This document shows, piece after piece, positions 24,809 to 33,500 of a stretch of 44,770 nt of DNA. Source of the DNA: Methanobacteriota archaeon (GTDB taxonomy: Archaea > Thermoplasmatota > Thermoplasmata > Methanomassiliicoccales > UBA472); assembly GCA_029560215.1 (NCBI GenBank), contig JAKPZB010000068.1, positions 1-44,770 on the forward strand. The letters run 5' to 3'. Every line of letters starts with the position of its first letter. The stretch's first letter is position 1. The notes under the pieces were generated by a model that did no database searches, was not told where the DNA came from, and saw only the letters and a list, made by a program, of their open reading frames with translations. A program made the translations under genes and the position numbers.

Positions 24809-25591
24809 TCAGCGGGCGCCGTACCCTTCCAGGTCCAGGGCCACTTTCCGGTAGCCCAGTTTCTTCAGGGCCTGCGCCACCTTCTCCCGCTCCTGGAACA
24901 GCCTCGGTATCTCCTCGGGGGCCACCTCCACCCTGGCCCAGTACTCGTGGTCCCGCACCCGCAGGTTCTTGAACTTGAACGGAGCGAGGGCCGCCTCGGC
25001 CCGCTCCACCCTTCTCAGGATGGTCGAGGTGATGCGCACGTCGTACGGGACCCTGGTGGCCAGGCAGGTATTGCTCGGCTGGTCCCAGTTCGGAAGTCCC
25101 AGCTCCTTCAGCAGAGCCCGCACCTCCGCCTTGTTGAGCCCCGCGTCGATGAGCGGAGAGCGGATGTTGAGGTCCATGAGGGCCGCCCGTCCCGGACGCA
25201 CCTCCTTCAGGTCGTCGAGGTGACTGCCCTCGAGTATGGTGGAGATGTCCAGCTCACGGGCCTCCTTCTTGATCTTGCTGAAGATGGCGCTCTTGCAGAC
25301 GTAGCAGCGGTCCTCCCAGTTGCGCACGAACTGCCCGTCGTTGACCAGGTCGACCTTGAGGGTGATCAGGTCCACGCCCATCCGCTCGGCCAGATGGACC
25401 GCCCTGCTCTGCTCCTCCGGGAAGAAGATCTCGCCGATGGCCATGAACGCGGTCACCTCCGCTCCGGAATCCAGGGCGGCCTTGAGCAGGAGGGTGCTGT
25501 CCGCCCCGCCCGAGAAGGCCACGGCCACCTTGCCCATGTCCTTGACGCTCTTCACCAGGGTATCGTACTTCGCGCGCGTTCCGGGTTCCAT
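24809..25591 (-). CDS. larE: LarE-like ATP-dependent sulfur transferase (PP-loop ATP pyrophosphatase)
   Basis: PP-loop AFSGGADST. The length and C-terminal region fit LarE/TIGR00268-type proteins. ATG at 25591; the track start is TTG at 25609. Confidence 0.8.
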   Translation of the reverse strand: MEPGTRAKYDTLVKSVKDMGKVAVAFSGGADSTLLLKAALDSGAEVTAFMAIGEIFFPEEQSRAVHLAERMGVDLITLKVDLVNDGQFVRNWEDRCYVCKSAIFSKIKKEARELDISTILEGSHLDDLKEVRPGRAALMDLNIRSPLIDAGLNKAEVRALLKELGLPNWDQPSNTCLATRVPYDVRITSTILRRVERAEAALAPFKFKNLRVRDHEYWARVEVAPEEIPRLFQEREKVAQALKKLGYRKVALDLEGYGAR

Positions 25592-25685
25592 CAGCCCAAT
25601 AACCAACAAATGCCTATTTCATCTTGCGCTTTAGTACGCGGGCAACTACAAAGCGTAAAATATCCCGGTAATCCTCCGAGGTCCG

Positions 25686-26453
25686 ATGAACGTCCGCGAT
25701 GTCTTGGAATCCTACCGCCAGGGCAAGATCGATCTGCAGAGGGCCGAGCAGCTGCTCCGGATGGACTTCCTTGAACGGGTCGGCGAGCACACGCTCTTCG
25801 ACCACGCCCGCGAAGCTAGAAGAGGTATTCCCGAGGTCATCTGGGGCGAGAACAAGTCCCCCGCCATGGTGGCCGAGATCGTTTCCGCCATCCTCAAGGA
25901 CCGCGACGCGGTCCTGATCTCCAGAGCTTCTCCGGACCACGTAAAGGTCCTTAAGGCCACAGTGGACGAGGAGCACGTTCGGTACATCGAACGCTCCAAG
26001 CTCATAGTGGTGGACCGTCGCAAGGATCGGCCTAAGATCGGCAAGATAGGGATACTCACCGCCGGTTCCTCCGACATTGCGGTGGCGGAAGAGGCCAAGG
26101 CCATGGCCGAGGTCATGGGCTGCGAGGTCCTGACGGAATACGACATCGGGGTGGCGGCATTGCACCGCTTCCTCGATCCTCTCTCGAAGATGCTCGACCA
26201 GGGGGTGGACGCCTTGGTGGTGGTGGCCGGGATGGAAGGGGCGCTTCCCACCGTGGTCTCCGGGCTGGCCGACGTTCCCATAATCGGCGTCCCCACCTCC
26301 GTGGGCTACGGCTACGGCGGGAAGGGCGAGGCGGCCTTGATGGGCATGCTCCAGACCTGCTCCCCCGGCCTGGTCGTGGTCAACATCGACAACGGCATAG
26401 CCGCCGGGGCCACCGCCGCCCTGATCAGCCTGCGTTGCCGGCGGAAGGGGTGA
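25686..26453 (+). CDS. larB: LarB (pyridinium-3,5-biscarboxylic acid mononucleotide synthase, PurE-like)
   Basis: N-terminal LarB-type extension plus a PurE-like half (GILTAGSSDIAVAEEA, VVAGMEGALPTVVSGL, IGVPTSVGYG). Confidence 0.88.
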   Translation: MNVRDVLESYRQGKIDLQRAEQLLRMDFLERVGEHTLFDHAREARRGIPEVIWGENKSPAMVAEIVSAILKDRDAVLISRASPDHVKVLKATVDEEHVRYIERSKLIVVDRRKDRPKIGKIGILTAGSSDIAVAEEAKAMAEVMGCEVLTEYDIGVAALHRFLDPLSKMLDQGVDALVVVAGMEGALPTVVSGLADVPIIGVPTSVGYGYGGKGEAALMGMLQTCSPGLVVVNIDNGIAAGATAALISLRCRRKG

Positions 26454-26508
26454 GCTCCTGGTCATCCGTCAGCTCAGAGCGGACGACGTCCCGTCCGCCC
26501 AGGCGCTG

Positions 26509-27345
26509 ATGGCCGACACCTGGTCCAATCTTCTGAAACGCCAGACCGGCCTGGACCTCGCCTATCCGGTCAGGCAGGCCACCTGGTATACCTCCCGGCT
26601 GAGGCAGGAGCCCCTGGGATGCATATGCGTCGAGGAGGGAGGGAAGCTGATCGCCACCGGTTTCGCCCTGAGCTGCGGGAGCGTCGGCTGGATAGGGCCG
26701 ATGGAGGTCAGCCCGACCTATCAGGGAAAGGGTTACGGCTCCCAACTACTGCTTTCGCTTGAGGCCTACCTCTCGTCCCGGGGGTGCAAGGCGGTGGGCC
26801 TGGAGACCATGAAGGACGTCTCCCGCAACCTGGACTTCTACACCCGGGCCGGATACGCCCCGGAACAGGACATGCTGTTCCTGGAGAAGGACTGGCTGGA
26901 GGGGCAGGACGCCGGACTGCCCTCGGAAGGCAAGGCCGATCTCGCGGAGATCAAAAGGCTGGCCGCCACCATAAATCCGGGTTTCGACCCGTCCTCCGAG
27001 TTCAGCATATACCAGGAGATGGGCATCGGCCGGACCCTGCGGGGGGAGGGAGCCGCCGCCCTTCTTTTGACCGACCCCATCCCCGGTTCCGGGAAAGCCT
27101 ATCTACGAACGGTGCTGACCGAAGGCTACCACCGACTGGACGAGGCGATCGCCCTGGTGCAGGAGGCGGAGCGCGAGGCGCTATGGTCCGGGGCGAGAGC
27201 GATATTCACCATCGTCCCGGCCCAGAGCGAGCTCCTGACCTACCTCATCCGGGGCGGGTACAAGCCCAAGGGGGCGGACGTGCGGATGATGAAGGGCAAG
27301 TTCGCCCGCGGCCACGAATGCTCCATCTTCTCCTGGTCGGGCTAG
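26509..27345 (+). CDS. GNAT-family acetyltransferase with a C-terminal extension domain
   Basis: The acetyl-CoA motif is VSPTYQGKGYGSQLL. The first ATG is at 26509, but the in-frame upstream peptide LLVIRQLRADDVPSAQAL looks like the missing GNAT beta1/alpha1, so the true 5' end is uncertain. Confidence 0.7.
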   Translation: MADTWSNLLKRQTGLDLAYPVRQATWYTSRLRQEPLGCICVEEGGKLIATGFALSCGSVGWIGPMEVSPTYQGKGYGSQLLLSLEAYLSSRGCKAVGLETMKDVSRNLDFYTRAGYAPEQDMLFLEKDWLEGQDAGLPSEGKADLAEIKRLAATINPGFDPSSEFSIYQEMGIGRTLRGEGAAALLLTDPIPGSGKAYLRTVLTEGYHRLDEAIALVQEAEREALWSGARAIFTIVPAQSELLTYLIRGGYKPKGADVRMMKGKFARGHECSIFSWSG

Positions 27346-28190
27346 GGGCTCTTGGGCATTATGACGGCCAGTATCAAATAGGCCAGTATAAGCACGCCCG
27401 AGGTGAGCAGCGCGCCGACCACCCAGAGCACCCGGACCAGGAACGGGTCGGTGTCCAGGAACTCGGCCATTCCGCCGCATACGCCGAAGATTATCTTGTC
27501 CCGGTTCGAACGCGTCATGCGCTTGCCCGGAGCGTAGGGGGCCTGAGGCGGAGCCTGCGTCGGAGGGGCCGGCGGAACGCTGACCGGCGGAGCGGGTGCT
27601 CCGAAGCGCCCCGCCTTCATGATCACCCCGATGTAACCCAGCAGGACGATCAGCAGGAAGATGATATAGAGCACCGAGGCCACCATCTCCCCCATGGCCG
27701 AGATGAACTCATCAGGCTTGGCCGCTCCCCAGATATCGAAGGCGCGGGAGACCACCCAAAGCACGAAGGTCGCGATGATGGCCGTCACCAACGGCGAGAC
27801 CAAGGCGGTTTCTCTTGGATACTTTCTGGTGTAATAGCCAAAGAAGAACCCCAGAAGGAAGACCAGGAAGAACAGCAGCAGGGTGTCGCCCAGGAACCCG
27901 GAGAAGTCGCCGGCGAAGGCCGATTCTCCGGACAGCGCGTCGAATATCTCCATCACCAGCAGGACGAATATCAGGCCCAGGAAGGTCTTGAGCACCGGCC
28001 CCGCTCCCCTGAACGTCCTATCGAAGGGGGTTTGGTTCCAGACCGCCGGGGCTCTCTTGGCCGGTTCGTTCGAAGGCTGCGGCGGGACCACGATCTGTCC
28101 ACCGCATTTCTGACAGAAGGCGGCCTGATCCTCGTTGACCGCTCCGCACTTAGGGCAATAGACCATTTGACATCCCGCCGATGAGAACAT
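27342..28190 (-). CDS. Membrane protein with an N-terminal zinc ribbon, TM helices, a Pro-rich linker and a C-terminal PspC domain
   Basis: CPKCG..x..CQKCG. PspC signature: DKIIFGVCGGMAEFLDTDPFLVRVLWVV plus a terminal TM helix. Confidence 0.7.
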   Translation of the reverse strand: MFSSAGCQMVYCPKCGAVNEDQAAFCQKCGGQIVVPPQPSNEPAKRAPAVWNQTPFDRTFRGAGPVLKTFLGLIFVLLVMEIFDALSGESAFAGDFSGFLGDTLLLFFLVFLLGFFFGYYTRKYPRETALVSPLVTAIIATFVLWVVSRAFDIWGAAKPDEFISAMGEMVASVLYIIFLLIVLLGYIGVIMKAGRFGAPAPPVSVPPAPPTQAPPQAPYAPGKRMTRSNRDKIIFGVCGGMAEFLDTDPFLVRVLWVVGALLTSGVLILAYLILAVIMPKSP

Positions 28191-28207
28191 GTCCCAAGCT
28201 CATAATC

Positions 28208-28224
28208 ATTGCCCTTGGGGCAAT
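28208..28224. promoter_or_regulatory. Palindrome ATTGCCC-TTG-GGGCAAT in a divergent intergenic region
   Basis: Perfect 7-bp arms, located between the 28190 (minus) and 28259 (plus) start codons. Confidence 0.3.
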
Positions 28225-28258
28225 ATCTCAATAATGCCTCAGGTGCATCATCGCCACC

Positions 28259-28633
28259 ATGGCCGATGGCGAAGAGGAAAGGGTGCGTCGAGTTCTGGAG
28301 AGAGCCAAGGAGGAGTACGGCTTCGTGCCGCTGGTCTCGGAGGTCATGTCCGACCGTCCAGACCTCTTCCTGCCCTATTCGGAGATATCCGCCGGGCTGT
28401 TCTTCCGCCCCCGGCACATGGACCGCAAGACGGCGGAGCTGGCGGCGATCACCGCCGGGGCGGCCTTGGGAAGCGAGAACTGCCTCATGGTCCACATTCC
28501 CCAGGCCTTCAAGCTCGGCGTCAGCGAGGAGGCGGTGCTGGAGGCGATGATACTCGGGGCGTTCATGAGCATGAACCGCAGCAACTCCATAGCCTTCCGG
28601 TGTCTGAAGGCGGCGAAAGAGGGAATGAGATGA
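28259..28633 (+). CDS. Carboxymuconolactone decarboxylase (AhpD-like) family protein
   Basis: 124 aa. The LDRKTAELAAITAGAALGSENCLMVH pattern is typical of the CMD family. Confidence 0.7.
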   Translation: MADGEEERVRRVLERAKEEYGFVPLVSEVMSDRPDLFLPYSEISAGLFFRPRHMDRKTAELAAITAGAALGSENCLMVHIPQAFKLGVSEEAVLEAMILGAFMSMNRSNSIAFRCLKAAKEGMR

Positions 28634-29073
28634 AGTGTTCCGTGGGCAGCGCCGGAAGGGTGTTGGTCATCCGTCTGGAGGACGGCGACGTGCTGCACGA
28701 GTGCGTGGAGAGGGCGGCCAAGGAGAACGGCATCGCCAGAGGGGCGGTGCTGGCGTTAGGCGGCGCGGACCAGGGAAGCCGCATGGTCGTCGGTCCCCGG
28801 GACGGCCGCTCGGAGAGGATCGAGCCGATGCTGGCTCAGCTTGCCGGGGAATCCGAACTGGCCGCCGTGGGCACGATATTTCCCGATGAGAACGGCGAAC
28901 CGTCATTGCACATGCACGCCTCGGCCGGAAGGGACGGGAGGAGCGTCACCGGATGCGTTCGCGCGGGCGTCAAGGTCTGGCTGATGCAGGAGGTGGTGGT
29001 CATCGAGATCCTGGGCACCGCTTCCCGGAGGGTCAAGGACCCCCGCACCGGATTCCATCTGCTGGAACCCTGA
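28630..29073 (+). CDS. PPC/DUF296 domain protein
   Basis: The ATG overlaps the previous stop (ATGA). The pattern ..AAVGTIFPDENGEPSLHMHASAGRDGRSVTG..EVVVIEI is typical of PPC domains. The upstream part of track ORF 28189-29073 is an artefact. Confidence 0.7.
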   Translation: MKCSVGSAGRVLVIRLEDGDVLHECVERAAKENGIARGAVLALGGADQGSRMVVGPRDGRSERIEPMLAQLAGESELAAVGTIFPDENGEPSLHMHASAGRDGRSVTGCVRAGVKVWLMQEVVVIEILGTASRRVKDPRTGFHLLEP

Positions 29074-29910
29074 TCAGAAGGCGTTCACGCAGCGTATCCC
29101 CTTTTCGGTGAACTTGCGGCGGACCAGCGATTCCAGCCCGCGATAGTCCTCCGCCCGGTGGGCCTTTTCCAGTCTGTCGGCGATCCCTTCGCCACCAGGC
29201 CTCCTGGCGATGTCGTCGAACATCCCCGGGCGGGGACGGAAGCGGTCCAGCATGACCCATTTTATTCCCGCGGACGAAAGGGCCTCCACCATCTCGTCCA
29301 CGTCCCTCCCGGTGAGCAGCGGCAGGAGCGGCCCGACCAGCGCGTAGGCGTTCAGCCCCTGGTCGGCCATCCTGCTCAGGGCGGCGACCCGTCTTCCGGG
29401 AAGCGGCGCTCCCGGCTCCAGGGTCCTGCTGATGTCGTCGTTCACCGAGGTGACGGTGATGCCCATCTCGCCCTTCAGTTCCTTGTAGAGGTCCAGGTCC
29501 CGGAGGATGAGGTCCGATTTGGTGAGGACGCTCACGGAGAGCCCGTGCGGGACCATCTCCATGAGACAACGTCTGGTGAGCAGCAGGTGCCTCTCCGCCT
29601 CCTGGTAGGGGTCGGTGACCGTGCCCAGGCCGATCATCCCCTTCTTGCCCTTGATCTCCTTGGCCAGTACCTGAGGGATGTCCGTTCTGGCCAGAACGAC
29701 CGTCCACTCCGCCCTCGGCCTCTTGGTCACGTACGGCGCGTAACAGTACAGGCAGTCGTGCGCGCATCCCACGTACGGGTTGAGCGCATAATCGAGCCCG
29801 GGAAGACGGGACGCCGGCAAGGCCACCCTCGTGCGGACCTCGCCTATGCGCGGAACCTGAGGGACCGGCCGGTCGTCGTCCATCAATAGGAACAGGTCAA
29901 GGTTCGACAT
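29074..29910 (-). CDS. Radical SAM protein, SplB/COG1533-like
   Basis: CAHDCLYC (CxxxCxxC). SD GGAGGA lies upstream of the 29910 ATG. It overlaps the Nre gene end by 14 nt. Confidence 0.85.
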   Translation of the reverse strand: MSNLDLFLLMDDDRPVPQVPRIGEVRTRVALPASRLPGLDYALNPYVGCAHDCLYCYAPYVTKRPRAEWTVVLARTDIPQVLAKEIKGKKGMIGLGTVTDPYQEAERHLLLTRRCLMEMVPHGLSVSVLTKSDLILRDLDLYKELKGEMGITVTSVNDDISRTLEPGAPLPGRRVAALSRMADQGLNAYALVGPLLPLLTGRDVDEMVEALSSAGIKWVMLDRFRPRPGMFDDIARRPGGEGIADRLEKAHRAEDYRGLESLVRRKFTEKGIRCVNAF

Positions 29911-31237
29911 AGTCGTCGATCCTCCGCTGATGCTTGAGGTCCTTCAGGACGGCGCTGTGTTCGGTCCAGGTGCTCATCGGGATGTCCATGCGGGTCTGGA
30001 CGTAAGCCAGGGCCTGGTCCAGGGTGCTGAACCTGCGCGGCCTCTGGGTCAGGGCCATCCGCACGTTCTCCCGAACGTTCCAGACCCCCACCGGCAGCAG
30101 GTATCCCGGGTGGGCCTCTCTGAATATGACCGCCCCGGATTGCCGCCGCTCCCTCTGCAGCAGCTCGTTCACCGCCAGCCGCGCGGCGTAGTAGCATCCC
30201 CCGATCTCGGCGTAATCCTTGCGCCCGTCGAAGAACTCGTGCGACGATATGATCTCCACCTGCAGCCCGGCGGGGTTCCACACCGTGTTCGGATACCAGG
30301 CCTCGATGAGCTCGTACCTCCAGGAGGTGGGCGTCAGCATGACGCTCCAACGGTTGTCCAGCTGGTCCCAGTCGTACACCCGGAACTCGTTGATCAGCGG
30401 GAAGGTCTTGGTGGTCTTCAGCAGGTCCTTGCCCAGCAGGTCGTCCACCGCGGTTATGCTCCATCTGGTCGGCACCAGGCGACGGTTCTGCTCGATGCCG
30501 AAGGCCCCGATGCTGAAGGCCTTCTGGATGCGGGATATCAGGACCTCGTTCTTGTACAACCCCTTGACCGCCTCGGCGGCCTTCAGGTCCGTGTCGTAAT
30601 ACGCCTTCTCGATCTTGTGGTCGTACTTGGGATTGGTGATGCTCAGCTTCTCCAGCTTGGCCGAGGGCCCGAAGGGCTGGATGTTATCGTCCAGGACGAT
30701 CCGTCCGGAGGGCTTCTTGGAGAACTTGGCCTCCACGTCCACGGAGTTCACGGACAGAGCGAGCTCCCTGGTGAAGTCCACTATCCGCCCGGCGTTCTGG
30801 AAGTTCTTGACATCAACCAAATGCTTTCCCCGCACCAGACGGAAGCGGAAATCGACTATCTCCTCCATGGACTTGCCCATCCACTGTTCCGGGGTGTCCA
30901 TGATGAGCGTGTCGCCAAGGTCCGGCGGCACCAGCGGTCCGATGTCCACCTTGGGATACCCGTACCGGCCGACGAAGACACCCGGCGGCGAGCTTCCGTG
31001 CAGGTCCTGGGCGTCAATGAGCCTTTTGGTCTTCGTATAGGAGTAGAACTTGATCATCAGGGGGCAGCGGTCCTTACCGCAGAGGTTCTTGGACCCCTTG
31101 CAGATGTGGCACAGGCTGGAGCTGTCCTTGTGCGAAGGAGTGAACGTCTGATCTTCCAACGGCAACGCGGCGAAACCCTGCATTATCGGCCTTTCAACCG
31201 AACTCAGCGTATTTGACCGTTTTCCAGGGACCTTCAA
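29897..31237 (-). CDS. nre: Nre-family archaeal DNA repair protein (COG1602) with a C-terminal PIP-box-like motif
   Basis: N-terminal Cys cluster CHICKGSKNLCGKDRCP, the PPGVFVGRYGYPKVDIGP block, and C-terminal QRRIDDYVEP. The track start is TTG; the first ATG (MQGFAAL) lies 18 codons downstream and is probably the real start. Confidence 0.72.
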   Translation of the reverse strand: MKVPGKRSNTLSSVERPIMQGFAALPLEDQTFTPSHKDSSSLCHICKGSKNLCGKDRCPLMIKFYSYTKTKRLIDAQDLHGSSPPGVFVGRYGYPKVDIGPLVPPDLGDTLIMDTPEQWMGKSMEEIVDFRFRLVRGKHLVDVKNFQNAGRIVDFTRELALSVNSVDVEAKFSKKPSGRIVLDDNIQPFGPSAKLEKLSITNPKYDHKIEKAYYDTDLKAAEAVKGLYKNEVLISRIQKAFSIGAFGIEQNRRLVPTRWSITAVDDLLGKDLLKTTKTFPLINEFRVYDWDQLDNRWSVMLTPTSWRYELIEAWYPNTVWNPAGLQVEIISSHEFFDGRKDYAEIGGCYYAARLAVNELLQRERRQSGAVIFREAHPGYLLPVGVWNVRENVRMALTQRPRRFSTLDQALAYVQTRMDIPMSTWTEHSAVLKDLKHQRRIDDYVEP

Positions 31238-31524
31238 AAGTGAGGTTGCGAAATGATGATGTCCAGCATTCTGCGGTAAACATCCTCATGGACCGCGGCG
31301 CCGTTCTCTATTCCTGGCACGTTAACGGTCACATACTCATCACCGTCGAAGCGCAGGGCCATGATGGTCCATCTATCCGGACCCCCGAGCCGCGGCGCAG
31401 ATATCAGGGACGCCCCGTAGCCGTTGGGGAAGCGGTAGACCCGCTGTTCGCGGCCGCCCTGCATTCCAAGACAGGACTTGCAGTAGCCGACGTCCACCCG
31501 GAACCGCTCGAGTTCCTCGTCCAT
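31234..31524 (-). CDS. Hypothetical 96-aa protein, first gene of the Nre/radical-SAM cluster
   Basis: GC3-rich ORF on the same strand. Its stop abuts the Nre ORF. Contains the VYRFPNGYGASLI..WTIMALRFDGDEY core. No family name recognised. Confidence 0.55.
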   Translation of the reverse strand: MDEELERFRVDVGYCKSCLGMQGGREQRVYRFPNGYGASLISAPRLGGPDRWTIMALRFDGDEYVTVNVPGIENGAAVHEDVYRRMLDIIISQPHF

Positions 31525-31647
31525 GATTCAGGGAGCGGCCCTATAGGACAAATAGCTTGTCCGGTCGGAGAGGGCTACTGTTTTATACTGTGTAGGCATA
31601 CCCGGAGGTGTCAGCATACTGTTTTTAGGGACGCTGAACCCGACAAT

Positions 31648-31670
31648 CTTATATAGAAGCGATAAAATAC
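31648..31670 (+). promoter_or_regulatory. TATA-like elements (CTTATATAGA, GATAAAATA) upstream of the thermosome gene
   Basis: A/T boxes lie 20-43 nt upstream of the ATG at 31691. AAGGAGG sits at 31678-31684. Confidence 0.3.
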
Positions 31671-31690
31671 CGACCGTAAGGAGGCTCATT

Positions 31691-33373
31691 ATGGCTTACG
31701 GAATGGGACAAGGTAATCAGCCTATCATAGTTCTTCGCGAAGGTACTGATAGATCTAGGAACAAGGAAGCGCAATTCAACAACATCGCCGCCGCCCGCGC
31801 GGTCGCTGACTCGGTCAAGTCGACCCTGGGCCCGAAGGGAATGGACAAGATGCTGGTCGATTCCATGGGCGATGTAGTCATCACCAACGACGGTGTGACG
31901 ATCCTGAAGGAGATAGACGTCCAGCACCCGGCTGCCAAGATGGTCGTGGAGATCGCCAAGACCCAGGACACCGAGTGCGGGGACGGCACCACCTCCTCCG
32001 TCATCATCGCCGGCGAGCTGCTGAAGAAGGCCGAGGCTCTGGTCGAGCAGAACATCCACCCGACCATCATCGCCAACGGCTACAAGATGGCCGCCGCTGA
32101 GGCGATCAAGATCCTGGACACCATTGCGGTGTCCGTCACCCCCGACGACACGGAGATGCTGAAGAGGGTCTCCATGACCGCCATGACCGGAAAGAGCGTC
32201 GGCGGACAGGGCGAGTTCCTCTCCGGAATAGCCGTGAAGGCCATTAAGGCCGTCGCGGAGAAGTCCGGCAAGGGCTACACCGTGGACGTCGAGAACATCA
32301 AGGTCGAGAAGAGGACCGGCGGCTCCATAGCCGAGACCGAGATCATCGAGGGTGTCGTGATCGACAAGGAGCGCGTGCACCCCCGCATGGCCACCCAGGT
32401 CAAGAAGGCCAAGATCGCCCTGCTCAGCGTGCCCATGGAGGTCAAGAAGACCGAGGTCGACGCCAAGATCCAGATCCGCGACCCCTCCCAGATGCAGATG
32501 TTCCTCGATCAGGAAGAGGCCGTCCTGAAGAAGATGGTCGACCAGGTTGCCGCCTCCGGTGCCAACGTGGTGTTCTGCCAGAAGGGCATCGACGATCTGG
32601 TGCAGCACTATCTGGCCAAGGCCAGCATATTCGCCGCCCGCCGGCTCAAGGAGTCCGATATGGAGAAGATCGCCAAGGCTACCGGCGGCATCATCGTCGG
32701 CAAGATCGACAACCTGACCAAGAACGACCTGGGAGTCGCCGAGGTGGTAGAGCAGAAGAAGGTCGGCGAGAACGACATGGTATTCATCACCGGCTGCAAG
32801 AACCCCAAGGCCATCAGCGTCATCGTGCGCGGCGGTACCGAGCACGTGGTCGATGAGGTCGAGAGGTCTTTGCACGACGCCCTGCGCGTGGTCGGCGTGG
32901 CCCTCGAGGACGGAAAGATCGTGCCTGGCGCCGGTGCGCCCGAGGTCGAGCTCTCCCTGAGGCTGGCCAACTACGCCTCCACCGTCGGCGGCCGCGAGCA
33001 GCTGGCCATCGAGGCTTTCGCCTCCGCCATGGAGATCATCCCCTGGGCTCTGGCCGAGAACGCCGGACTGGACGCCATCGACATGGTCATCCAACTGAAG
33101 TCCGCTCATGAGAAGAAGGGAGCGGCCGCCAAGAACATGGGCTTGGACCTGGACGCCGGCAAGCCGGTGGACATGCTGAAGGCCAATGTCATCGAGCCCC
33201 TCCGGGTCAAGACCCAGGCCGTCAAGTCCGCGGCCGAGGTCGCCAACATGATCCTGAGGATCGACGACGTCATCGCCTCCAAGAAGGCCCCTCCGGCACC
33301 CCCGGGCGGCATGGACGGCATGGGCGGAATGGGTGGAATGGGCGGCATGGGCGGAATGCCCGGGATGATGTAA
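31691..33373 (+). CDS. ths: Thermosome subunit (group II chaperonin)
   Basis: [15 protein letters not shown] and VPGAGAPE motifs, with a C-terminal GGM-repeat tail ([22 protein letters not shown]). Confidence 0.96.
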   Translation: MAYGMGQGNQPIIVLREGTDRSRNKEAQFNNIAAARAVADSVKSTLGPKGMDKMLVDSMGDVVITNDGVTILKEIDVQHPAAKMVVEIAKTQDTECGDGTTSSVIIAGELLKKAEALVEQNIHPTIIANGYKMAAAEAIKILDTIAVSVTPDDTEMLKRVSMTAMTGKSVGGQGEFLSGIAVKAIKAVAEKSGKGYTVDVENIKVEKRTGGSIAETEIIEGVVIDKERVHPRMATQVKKAKIALLSVPMEVKKTEVDAKIQIRDPSQMQMFLDQEEAVLKKMVDQVAASGANVVFCQKGIDDLVQHYLAKASIFAARRLKESDMEKIAKATGGIIVGKIDNLTKNDLGVAEVVEQKKVGENDMVFITGCKNPKAISVIVRGGTEHVVDEVERSLHDALRVVGVALEDGKIVPGAGAPEVELSLRLANYASTVGGREQLAIEAFASAMEIIPWALAENAGLDAIDMVIQLKSAHEKKGAAAKNMGLDLDAGKPVDMLKANVIEPLRVKTQAVKSAAEVANMILRIDDVIASKKAPPAPPGGMDGMGGMGGMGGMGGMPGMM

Positions 33374-33500
33374 ACTTCCCGATCGCCTAAACCATTTTCC
33401 CTAAACCCCTTCCAACTTTCTCATTTTGATAATCTATGGCACCATAATATTAATAGCGAGCCGATTAATTCAATCACCAACCAATCTGGTGGGATGTAAC

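Noticed and set aside
28189-28629. 147-codon N-terminal extension of the PPC-domain ORF (track ORF 28189-29073)
   Set aside because: The extension overlaps the well-supported CMD-family gene in another frame and is Arg/Gly/His-rich nonsense. The ATG at 28630, with its ATGA overlap to the upstream stop, gives a complete PPC domain.
31521-31533. Third partial copy (ATGATTCAGGGAG) of the recombinase-flanking repeat
   Set aside because: Only a 9-nt exact match. It overlaps the start codon of the 96-aa gene. Pairing it with the other copies would enclose essential genes such as the thermosome. It is most likely chance.
31649-33109. 486-aa minus-strand ORF antisense to the thermosome gene
   Set aside because: The antisense frame is stop-free because of codon bias. 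The translation is G/D/L/H-rich and motif-free, and the sense strand encodes a canonical group II chaperonin.
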